34,135 nucleotides of DNA, taken from contig NC_068981.1 of the NCBI RefSeq assembly GCF_001194135.2, forward strand, positions 60,728,445-60,762,579. The letters run 5' to 3'. Of this stretch, positions 24,617 to 34,135 are shown piece after piece (the first letter of the stretch is position 1; the number at the start of each line of letters is the position of its first letter). Made by a program: the position numbers and the translations under genes. The stretch comes from Octopus bimaculoides. Lineage: Eukaryota. The notes below the pieces were generated by a model, which had not been told where the DNA came from, ran no database searches, and worked only from the letters and a program-made list of their open reading frames with translations.

Positions 24617-24668
24617 CCTTAGACTGATCGGTAAGTTTCGGCTACTGCCGTAGCCATCTTCAGTAAGG
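24617..24668 (-). ncRNA. Type I hammerhead ribozyme, near-intact
   Basis: CCTTA-CTGAAGA-T-GGCTAC-ggca-GTAGCC-GAAACTTA-ccga-TCAGTC-TAAGG. Perfect 5-bp stem I, 6-bp stem II, stem III with one mismatch, GUC triplet. Confidence 0.82.
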
Positions 24669-24927
24669 TCAGCTCGTTCGGTTGATTCGGACTAGCTCGC
24701 CTATCAGAGCACTTTAGCTCCTATTTGTAGCAACGTAGGTATTATTCAAACTCTTAGTCAAGTTTAGTTGACGACTATAATTTTCCTTTACGGCATAACA
24801 TTAAAAACAGCTGTTTTTATTAATTTTTTGTATACACATTAGTGATCTGCTAAATCCTGCATGGATTTTTTGTTAAGTATGTATATTCTGTTAGGCGACC
24901 TAGCCCTGAATCAACCGAACGAACTAG

Positions 24928-24979
24928 CCCCACTGAAGATGGCTACGGTAATAGTCGAAACTGACCGATCAGTCTAAGA
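24928..24979 (+). ncRNA. Type I hammerhead ribozyme, more degenerate copy
   Basis: cccca-CTGAAGA-T-GGCTAC-ggta-ATAGTC-GAAACTGA-ccga-TCAGTC-TAAGA. Intact core and perfect stem III; stems I and II are damaged. Confidence 0.7.
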
Positions 24980-25309
24980 AATTCTCGGATCGGTGTTCTG
25001 GGCAATTGCAGCTCTTATCAGGGTATATTTTATGTGCTTTGTAACAGCATTGGAGCATTTTAACCCCCATTTCAAGCCATGTCGATGTTATTCACACGCT
25101 TAGGCAAGTATATGTATATGTATATGTGTGTATTTGTATGTGTATTTACATATGAATGTGTCTATGTATATGTGTATTTATACATGGACGTGTGCTTGTG
25201 TGTGTGAGCGTGTGCGCATGTATATCACTACAAAATAGGCAACAAAACATGATACAAAATCAAAGAGTTGCATCAACAATTTTAACAACGATAATAACCT
25301 CTGGTGGTC

Positions 25310-25495
25310 GCATTATCTGTTTGAAATAGCACCCAAATACATTTCAAATTACACGCTTAGAGATTTAATAAATGAAAGGATACAGTGTGATAAAAACTTC
25401 TATATATCTAGAAAGACACTGAGATGGTTATGGCTAGAATCATTTTCATAAGACGTTTGTTCAATCAATCCTGATATTTGATTAAACAACAATAA
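25310..25495 (+). mobile_element. Interspersed repeat resembling a LINE/SINE 3' tail ending in (AAC)n
   Basis: tgtttgaaatagcacccaaat..caaattacac...gatggttatggctagaat...taaacaacaataa; recognised only from memory of octopod repeats. Confidence 0.3.
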
Positions 25496-26498
25496 ATCTA
25501 ATAATGGCTGCGCTGTTACATCAAAAGTCTCGATGAAAGTTCGAAATAGGAGACAACAAAGTTTCAATATGGTCGATCAACTTGTTATTACTCTTAGCAA
25601 CATTTCCTTAAAATCACATCTAATTGTCTCATTGAAAATAAGAATGTAGTTAATGAAATTTTGTATTTGCTTAAACGACTGATCAAAATTCAAACGTCTT
25701 TCCTCGTATGTCTTCTCCATTAAGACTGAACTGCGACAAAACAACAACAGTAGAAACAACAATTTTTAATTAATATACACACCAGCAGTAAATATTTTTA
25801 CTTCTCCAAAATGAAATATATAAAATGTTTACAAAAAACACGTGATTTATTGTAACTTCTGCAATTACCAGAAAACGTTAATGGGTAATTCGAAATACGT
25901 AGAAGCTCAACATTTGAGAAAATCGCAATCATGTCTCAACAGTTAGGAAATGAACAAAGTTTGTACTCGAACAAAGTTTGTACTCGACAGCATTTTTAGA
26001 CAACGCTAAAAAAATGGATAAAATAGTTTACAACTGAAACATGCCTTACTTAAGAATTGATAGAAAACGTGTCCTTGTCAAACTTAATCAAGATTGTTAT
26101 CTATGTAAATCAGAATAAAGATTCAAGTCATTAAGTACAAGTCTCACACCACCCAATAGTCCTAACAAGACATATGAAGGAATCAACAGCAACACATCTC
26201 CAGCATGCCCAATATATATAGACACCTTCAAACCATACACGAAATTCTCAAACAATTTATAAAGGGAAAATACTAGACAAAATCTTAATAAACAATTTAA
26301 TAAACCAGCAAAAATTCAGACATCAAACCAACATGGAATATAGTCCTTGGACTTAGAATTTTTGATAGATTTATAGAAGCGCCGTTGTGACACACGGTGT
26401 ATCATAATCATTCTTAAACCTAACTGAGACTATTTTTTTTTTATAAAAGAAAACAAACATCGAGAAAGAAAGAAAAGTGTGACAGGGAGAATGAGTCT

Positions 26499-26499
<1 letters not shown>

Positions 26500-26534
<35 letters not shown>

Positions 26535-26636
26535 GTGCGAGGGAGATATAGAGAGACAGAGAGATAGAGAGAGAGAGTGAGACAGAGAGATAGAGAGAGA
26601 GAGTGAGACATATAGACTGACAGAGAGATAGAGAAA
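26500..26636. repeat. (TG)n-(AG)n compound microsatellite
   Basis: Directly visible. Confidence 0.95.
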
Positions 26637-27949
26637 GAAGTTTTTTTGTTCTATTTATCAACCCGAAAAAACTGTAAGCAAAGTTCATTTCGGCGGCAGT
26701 TGATCATAGATCTCAGAGATCCGGAATGATTACTGCAATGCAATCTATTCAATTGTATACCAACTTCGAAAGCCATACAGTATAGTAATCTGACATAAAA
26801 AATTGGAATATGCTGAATAATATACTACGATTTTATGTTTTATTAAATCGACCCAATGATTTCTAAACCTTTGCAAAATATTCATGGAAGATGATTCAGA
26901 GGTGACATCACTCACTGTCTCTCCCATTTGCCCGTGTCAGCTGATACAACTTAGCTAATCTTACATCAGTCGCATAGAAATTTGCTCCACGACTTAAAGT
27001 AGAATTTATCAAATTCATCCTTATTGTTTTTCTCTAAAACATCTCCCTACATCAAATGAAGCTTAATATTCCACTCAAGACTATTACCATACGATACCAT
27101 ACAAACACATTTACACACACACATACAGATACAGAGAAAGACGGAGAGAGGGAGAGAGAGAGAAATCAAAAATACTTATTTCAAAGAATAAAACTTCAAT
27201 ATTCACATCACACGCAAGAAATCGATGTACATGCAAGCCAAAAGTATTGGCATACACACTGTTTGTTAAAGAAGAAAAAGGGAAAAATTAGACCAGAAGC
27301 AATACGTTATATCCATCACTGTATATACTTCTCATGCACTGGTTTCTCAATCCCTCAACAAAGTATCATTTCAAACTACAATTACACAAAACAATGCAAT
27401 TTTCAGCATTCTAACATACACTGATCATATATACAGTTCACCTACACAATAAAAGAAAATTACTCAGAATGAAAGACTTCTTAGATCAAGGAAATATGAA
27501 AGGTGGATATGCAAGATAAATTGTGAGTATATGCAAGATTTATAAAAGCGCTGGAATTTTGAAGTAACCACCAGCGGGTACAGTTCAAAGACACATCTTC
27601 AGGTTCAGTAGATAGTATTCTTTAAAAAGTGGTCAGAAAAGGTCTTTGGAAATCTTGAGTTGAAAATATAATTAATCACACATTATAAGTTGCCCATTTT
27701 ATGTCATCCAACTATTTTATAACATATTCTTTACAAGTAATCCAACATTACTGGACACGACGAAGAGATACGTAAGGAGAAATGAGTCATAATCTTTATC
27801 CTAGGTATTTGTGGAGCAAACATTTACGCTGCATCACACACAAACCACTTATCACCTTAAACAGGATATCAAGAATAATTTAAACTCACAAAAGCAAAAA
27901 ACAGATATTATTGATATTTGGTAACGTTTAGGTACATTTTATGAAATGC

Positions 27950-29150
27950 TCAGATATAATCGAAATGCTGTTTGTCGTTTCTATTAAAGCAACTTCTGCT
28001 TTTCAAGTAGTTACTTATAAACGGGAGTTTCAAGAAATCTGAATGATCATTAAGACTGATTATAGAACTTCTTTTTGAGGCAGACTTTCGTGTAATGTGG
28101 ACAAAATGTGAGACAATAATTTTAAACGCAAAATCACCAATAGCTAAATTTGTGTTTGATAAAGATCTAAGAGGGGCAAGATTTATGATGTGTGCTCTGT
28201 TCATGCAATAGTTAAAAGGATTTTGTGACTTCGTAGGTTCAAAATACAAAACAAAAACTATTACAAATGATAATATAGAATTTTTGTCTACGCTGCTAGA
28301 AGTTCAAAGAATCCCATACAATTTTGCTCTTTTCGGAATAATATTTTACAAAAGAACGCTGCTAGAGACTGATAGGACTATTTTCTCAACATGGTTTTGA
28401 ACAAAAAGCATTTGTAGCTTGTACATGAACAGTTTAGCCTTTTCAATATATTGATTCTGGACGCGGAGAATAACAATACCAACAGTACAGATATCAAACT
28501 AGAAAAGCATAACGTTTTTACAAATATATAAAAGGAGAAACATCAGTAAATTTGTTCTTAGGAAACCTGTAAAAAAATGGCGAAAGATTTGAAAAAAATA
28601 TGGTGAAAGAAGTTTAACAGAGATCGATAGAATGAGAACACTGAAAAGGTGGAAGAACTTGTGCGATTAAATTCCAGAGACATAACTTTGCCTAGTTTTG
28701 AGCAGTATACAGATGGATTGGAAAGCAAAAAAATAAATATTGATCAATATGAAATTGTGATTGTAAAGAGATTTTGAAACTCCTTCGACAGAAATTTGGG
28801 CAACGTAAAATATTGCGAGAGAGGAAAGTGGTAAAATATTTTTCTCATTGCATGGAAAAGTATATTTGTAAGTAGAATACATTCTTCCATTTCTTTATTA
28901 CTACAGCAACAACTGAACGGATGTCTTCAGTAATAGATACTATATAGTCGGAAGAGAAGGAGAATATGGTAGAAGAGTTTTCTGTTGACAAAAGTAAACA
29001 TTTCCCTAGCTGATCAGAATTTTTTGATAACATTTAAAATTTCAGCAAATAGCTAAGAAAAGTAGTTTCAATCGAAATATATGAAAATATTCATGCTTGA
29101 ATGCTTCCTTATTTGACAATACTTGTTTTCAGTATGAATTATTTTTAAGT
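27950..29150 (+). mobile_element. Possible second hAT (Tip100/ZMYM1-like) transposase relic, C-terminal part
   Basis: ITTATTERMSSV at 28897-28932 resembles the hAT dimerisation motif (PVTTATTERAFS); upstream frames are only weakly compatible. Confidence 0.35.
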
Positions 29151-29311
29151 ACCACTACACTACTAGACAATATTTTACTCAATTGTGCTATCAGATGAAG
29201 AATTGCTGCTGTCGAATATTTTCCCGCTTTCTCTTTTGATCTCTCCCATTTTTACCCTTCTCTCTTACTCTGTCCTTAGCCGGCCCTCCACTTTCTATAT
29301 GATGATCCTTT

Positions 29312-29510
29312 CTACTATAAGGACAAGGTCTGAATTTTGGTGGGAGGGAACTAGTCTCTTATATCGATCTAAATGCTCAAATGTACTTATTTTATCGACC
29401 CCAAAAGGATGAAAGACAAAGTCAACCTTGGCGGAAATAGAACTCAGTACACAAAGGTGGACGAAATTTTGCGACGCATTTTGTTCGGCTTGCTACCGAT
29501 TCTGCTTTAA
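29312..29510 (-). mobile_element. tRNA-derived SINE, family 1
   Basis: gtacttattttatcgaccccaaaaggatgaaagacaaagtcaaccttggcggaaatagaactcag...; homologous to 6440-6592 and 7303-7512. Confidence 0.8.
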
Positions 29511-29991
29511 GGTTCTGTATGATTATGACAAGTAATACAGACACTAGACCATGTACATCATTTCAGCACTTTCTAAAAACAGCGTATATAAAAGTACAAA
29601 TAACTCAATATTTTTACAGTCAAAATATCCCAGATCCTCTGGCTGGTGAGTAGAGGAGGCTCATTCCATCTTCATACTCAAACCACATACTGTAGGTTTT
29701 CGAATCTTGTAGGATATTTCCATTAGTTCTAGTTTCAACACATAGTCGAAGTTTTAACTCATATTAGTTTCGGTTTCAACTTCCGTGATCCTGATTTCAA
29801 CTACTATAACCCCGGCTTGAAATCCCATTTGTGTCGGTTCCAATTCTAGAATTTAGCGAAAGATTATGACATAGAGACTATGATACCCACACTCAGACAT
29901 GGAATATAATATGTGCTCAGAGACATATTAAACGCGCCTACATAAAAAGGGAGTATCGAAAACGTTTAAATGAATGGATACGTCTTCTAGA

Positions 29992-30278
29992 CAGTGGTTT
30001 CCAAATTAGGAGGTACTACTGCCGCACCTCAGGGACGGTGGAAATATCCAGGGGGATTTTTGAAGAAAAGTGGGGTTGATAATGCGATGGGCAAAAAAAA
30101 AAGAAGATAAATATAATAAATAAATATTAAAAAAAAAAAGTTTAACTTTTATTTGTGAAAAGCAGTTGTTTTGAATTTGTTTCAGAAAGTAGCCTGTGTT
30201 TGTGGTAGTGAGTATAGGGGTACTAGGAACGTGGCCTGAGCTCCAAGGAGAGTGGCAGTCCGAGTTTGGGTACCAGTG
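29992..30278. mobile_element. Non-autonomous hAT (Charlie-like) MITE
   Basis: Left end cagtggtttccaaa, right end tttgggtaccagtg (imperfect TIR); flanks ttctaga / cattagac resemble the nTCTAGAn target. Confidence 0.55.
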
Positions 30279-30799
30279 CATTAGACGATCAGTATTAAAA
30301 TTATTCATAACACTGATCTACCAAATCAATGAATTAGAAAGTGGCATTTGCAATCTACTATATAATGAAATACAAGAATCAGGCTGACACAGGGTGCAAC
30401 AAGGCTGATATTTTGAGTTACCTGTACAAACCAACTAACAAACAACAATACAGTTTCTCTCGAACTGAATTTCATAGAGAAGATTTAGTTCAAGTAATGG
30501 CTACATTAATAGGTACCTGCCGAAATACCATGCAGATATTTCAACTTTAGACTCCGTGATTGTGAAGAGTCAAGGCTGCTCTTAAATACAAATACACATG
30601 TATGCATATTACTATTCCACAATGTTTATACCAAATTAGTCAGAAACACAAAACCAGGTACTCATATACACGCACATATACACAAAATAACTACATGTAC
30701 ATAATAATTAGACACATGCACACGCATACAAATATAAACACATGTTTATGTGTGTGTAGACGTGCATGTGTATGCATATATATATATAATTATAATACA

Positions 30800-33600
30800 A
30801 GAAATAAAAGGCAGACAGTTTACACAGTTTTGATAGATTATAAATGAAATAGTGTCGTGGTTGCCGACCGGCTTTGCTTTCGCAAATCATGGCATTGAAA
30901 TTATTGTAATTTCGTATTTTCTTAAGATTCTAGTCTATGTTCTTGTATGAAAGTTTGTGAATAAATAAACAAGTAGAAAAATCTAATAGGAGGCAATTAG
31001 CCATAGCTATTATTCGGGACAGGGAAGGTGCTTTTTAGGGTGGGATTAATAAGCATACAACAACTTATAAGCTAAAGTAGTGAAATGAATAATGTACAGT
31101 GATAGATATATGATCATGATAAGAATATATGCTGAGAACAAAGTTGATTATGCGTTCATATTTAGGGGTGTTCTGTATTTTTCGATAAATAAATTTTCTT
31201 TATTTAAACGTTCTTGTACACAAATTGTTTCTTTGCATTAGTAGATAGGACAAACTGTGAAATTTGGTTGCAAATTTCCGGTACATCTCTCTATGTGTTC
31301 AATCAAATGTATCTCTCTATATATTGAGAGACGGATGTTCCTTATGTAGTGTGATTCTCCATCTAAGTGACATACTTAACTGTCCTCTATAGTTCTGTTC
31401 ACAACCTGAACAAGTTATAACATAAATGAAATTCTCAGATGCACAAGTGGAGTTGGTATTAATTGTGAACCTCTCCTTGTTTGAACTGGAATTTCCAGCC
31501 TGTTCTGCAGTTTGAACGACCACATCTTTTAACCGTTGGTTTCGTGGTTGTTGTGTAAAGCATTGCATTTGTCAGTATCTTTTGAGCGAATTTGGTTGCC
31601 TTTTGCATTTGATGAATTTTTGTGTTTTCAGAATGTTTTGTATAATAGTGTTGTATGCCTCTTATTTTTAGGGTCGTGAGTTGATGTATAAGGTAGTATT
31701 TTGAGTTGACGTGTGCTGTTTCATTTTGCTCCCCTTAGTGTTTTAACGCCTATTTTCTTTGCACGCTTAATTCCATCATCTGTAAATGAGGGTGGATAGT
31801 GTCTCTCCGTTATTGTTATTCTGAGGATTTCACGATGGAGGTCCCGAGTATTTCTATCAGACACTATTGTGCAAATCTTTTTCGCTAAATTAAAGGGAAT
31901 ATTTCTTTTGTCGTGTTCTTGGTGGTATGAGATCAACAGAAGATATTGTTTCGGTCTATGATGAATGTCAGTTACAATTTGGTTGTTGACATTTTCATCA
32001 CAATATCTAAGAAAGGGAGCTGTTCTACGCTTTATTCCGTTATAAACTGAATGTTAGAGTTGATACTATTCAGTATTGATTTAAATTCTAGAGGTTTATC
32101 AATGGTATAATTCCAAATGATAAAGCATTCTTCCAGATACCTTTTCCAGTTCTCTTATATAATGGTGAAATGATATTCATATTTTTGCAGTGACACTTTA
32201 TATATGGTGATTTCGAAATACCCCATTATTAGGTTCTCAAGAACAGGGGCTACTTTCATTGCTATGGCAATTTCACACTTCTGTCGATAGTAGGTGTCAT
32301 CCAATAGGAAATAATTGTTCCGAAGTATAAATTGCACTCTGAAGTACAAATTTTAAAGTTTCAATAATAAACACCTGGTTTATGCGTTCCGAAAGTTCTT
32401 CGGGATACGTTTCCAGCCAGAATTGTATTGCTTCTATTCGTTAGTCATGTGGGATATTGTTGTAAAGATTAAGAACATCGAAGGAAGTCAATGATATCTC
32501 TTCATTACTTGTCTTTGGTAGGTGCTCAAGCATATCTAGATCGTCTCTAATGAAACTTTTGATGTATTTCAGAAAGGGTTTCAGAAGGATATCCAGAAAG
32601 TTGCTTAGGCAGTGGGCTTCACAGGCTGAGTCAGCTATAATGGGTCTTAGATTTATGCCTTCTGGCACTAATGCATTTATGTATTTGCTTGGTGATTGTT
32701 TACAGGCTTTATTAAATATCTTGCTCTTGTGTATTTTAGGTAGGACGTACAAAAATCTAGGTATGGTCTATTTCTTTTTCTGTGAGGCCTTTTCTATGTA
32801 GATAGACTAAAGATGTAAGATGTTTATTGTTTTTTCTTATTGTTCATAGTTTACACATTTTTCATAGAAGATATCGTTTTACAGCATGGATAATACTAGA
32901 CTTTTGTAGTATTCTGTGTTCATCACGACTTTGCTTCTTTGATTGTCAGTTCGTTGTTGCTTTGCAGTTCAATTAGGTTTTTCCATTCTAAAATATTAAG
33001 GTTTGGATTAATTTTTAGCATATGGAAATCATTTGGGAAATTTTGAAAATGGTTGCAAAAGTCATCTACTGTTGGTAGAAATTCTCTGAGTTATTAATTA
33101 TATCAAAATTGTCAGGAGACTGGTTTTGCTACCTGGGTAAATTGGTGGGAATTACGTGGTTCGAGTATTTTCATTGGTATATATATTGTCAGGGTTTTTA
33201 CTAAATTGTTAGATGTTTTTCAGGAAGTGGAGATCTGAACTTTATTCTCCTTAAAACTGAGTTTCGTTACTAAGGAAAAATTAACTCTGCTTTCGAACCG
33301 TTGTAGGAAATTTATTTTTTCCGACTCACAGTTATCTTTCCATAATTTGAAAAAAAAGCTTTCCAAAAGTTGTTCCTCAGCATGTTTAGTGTGTACGGTA
33401 TGCATTTCTTCATCGATAGTTTTATATTTTTGTTCGTTTAAGTAACTCAGTATATATTTTCCTTGTCGGGGTCTTCTGGGATTGGTTTGATTTGTAGTTT
33501 ACATGGCACAATTAATGGGGTTCAGCTTATCTATTTTTCATACATTTCTGCCTTGTTATTTTTTATCATGTTCCAAAAAGTAAATTTTCTAGCGTTTAAA
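30800..33600 (-). mobile_element. Penelope-like element (Neptune-like), near-full-length RT plus C-terminal GIY-YIG, inactivated
   Basis: YVLPKIHK..RPIIADSAC..LDILLKPF..FIRD..SFDVLNLYNNIPHD; NNYFLLDDTYYRQ..IAIAMKVAP..NLIMGYFE; WKRYLEECFIIW; NIPFNLAKKICTIVSD; FIYVITCSGCEQNYRGQ (GIY-YIG with CxxC); KENLFIEKYRTPLN*. Many stops; (TA)n at both ends. Confidence 0.9.
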
Positions 33601-33632
33601 TTTTTGGTTCAAATATAGCTATATATATATAT

Positions 33633-34135
33633 AGGTTTCGTGTGTCACATAGCTAGCTAGAGGCGATGGCTTCTTGGAGCTAATTCACGGCAGCTCTCGT
33701 CCTAATTTTGGGACTGCCATGTTGGCTTGGCGATAACTATTAATTTCCAGTACCGCTGCCGTAGTCTCCTTTAGAAAGACTTAGAAATATTAATAACTCT
33801 ATTTCTGAAAACCAGTGGATAGATTCCAATGAAATTAGATAAATAACCTTCGAACAGATAGTCAGCAGCGCCGCCTGGCTGGAGCTTGGCTGCTCTGCAT
33901 TGACAAGGGGCAACACCCTGAAACTAGTCTGGAGATGCCAAACCAGCAAGGGGAAACTGCTGACCACCCCTGTTCGAAGGTCATAAAGGACACAGGTTTC
34001 GTGTGTCACATAGCTAGCTAGAGGCGATGGCTTCTTGGAGCTAATTCACGGCAGCTTTCGTCCTAATTTTGGGACTGCCATGTTGGCTTGGCAATAACTA
34101 TAAATTTCCAGTACCGCTGCCGTAGTCTCCTTTAG
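33633..34135. repeat. 361-bp head-to-tail tandem repeat (one full and one partial unit, runs off the window)
   Basis: aggtttcgtgtgtcacatag starts at 33633 and again at 33994; the 142 bp of overlap differ at about 3 positions. Confidence 0.95.

Larger units (their letters stand above)
24612..24984. mobile_element. 373-bp element with about 93-bp inverted arms, each containing a hammerhead motif
   Basis: 24612-24703 is the reverse complement of 24892-24984 (about 12-13 differences by hand count); 188-bp non-coding spacer. Confidence 0.85.

Noticed and set aside
26745-26927. Minus-strand ORF MGETVSDVTSESSSMNILQR with a possible AG|GTTTAG donor
   Set aside because: No recognisable domain, an in-frame stop just upstream and no partner exons; cannot be supported as a host exon.
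27466-27530. Possible small exon (cag|AATGAAAG...AAATT|gtgagt; NERLLRSRKYERWICKIN)
   Set aside because: Good donor but no polypyrimidine tract and no recognisable homology; expected by chance in 34 kb.
33665-33765. HDV-like, twister or hammerhead reading of the 361-bp unit
   Set aside because: The pairings exist, but the L3/J4-2 (HDV), twister and CUGANGA consensus nucleotides are absent. Kept only as an unassigned structure.

Overview
This is AT-rich eukaryotic DNA packed with microsatellites and decayed transposons. The SINE families resemble ones I recall from octopod cephalopods, which is unverified. I find no host protein-coding gene, and none of the supplied ORFs is an intact gene: they are microsatellite or N-run translations or pieces of dead elements. 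Recognisable content is at least six fragments of R4/Dong-type (RLE) non-LTR retrotransposons, two clear and one weak Penelope-like elements (PLEs), the 5' part of a Helitron with 69-bp (23-aa) repeats, two hAT relics, two Tc1/mariner fragments, several SINEs and MITE-like inverted repeats, a structured 361-bp tandem repeat and three assembly gaps. The most interesting signal is RNA-level: several unrelated hammerhead-ribozyme (HHR) motifs. They include an inverted pair with one near-intact three-stem type I HHR (24612-24984), a tRNA-headed SINE carrying a minimal HHR (19507-19800) and a PLE 3' end with a long-stem-II HHR (16261-16371). All motif matches were made by eye, and element boundaries are approximate unless exact motifs are quoted.
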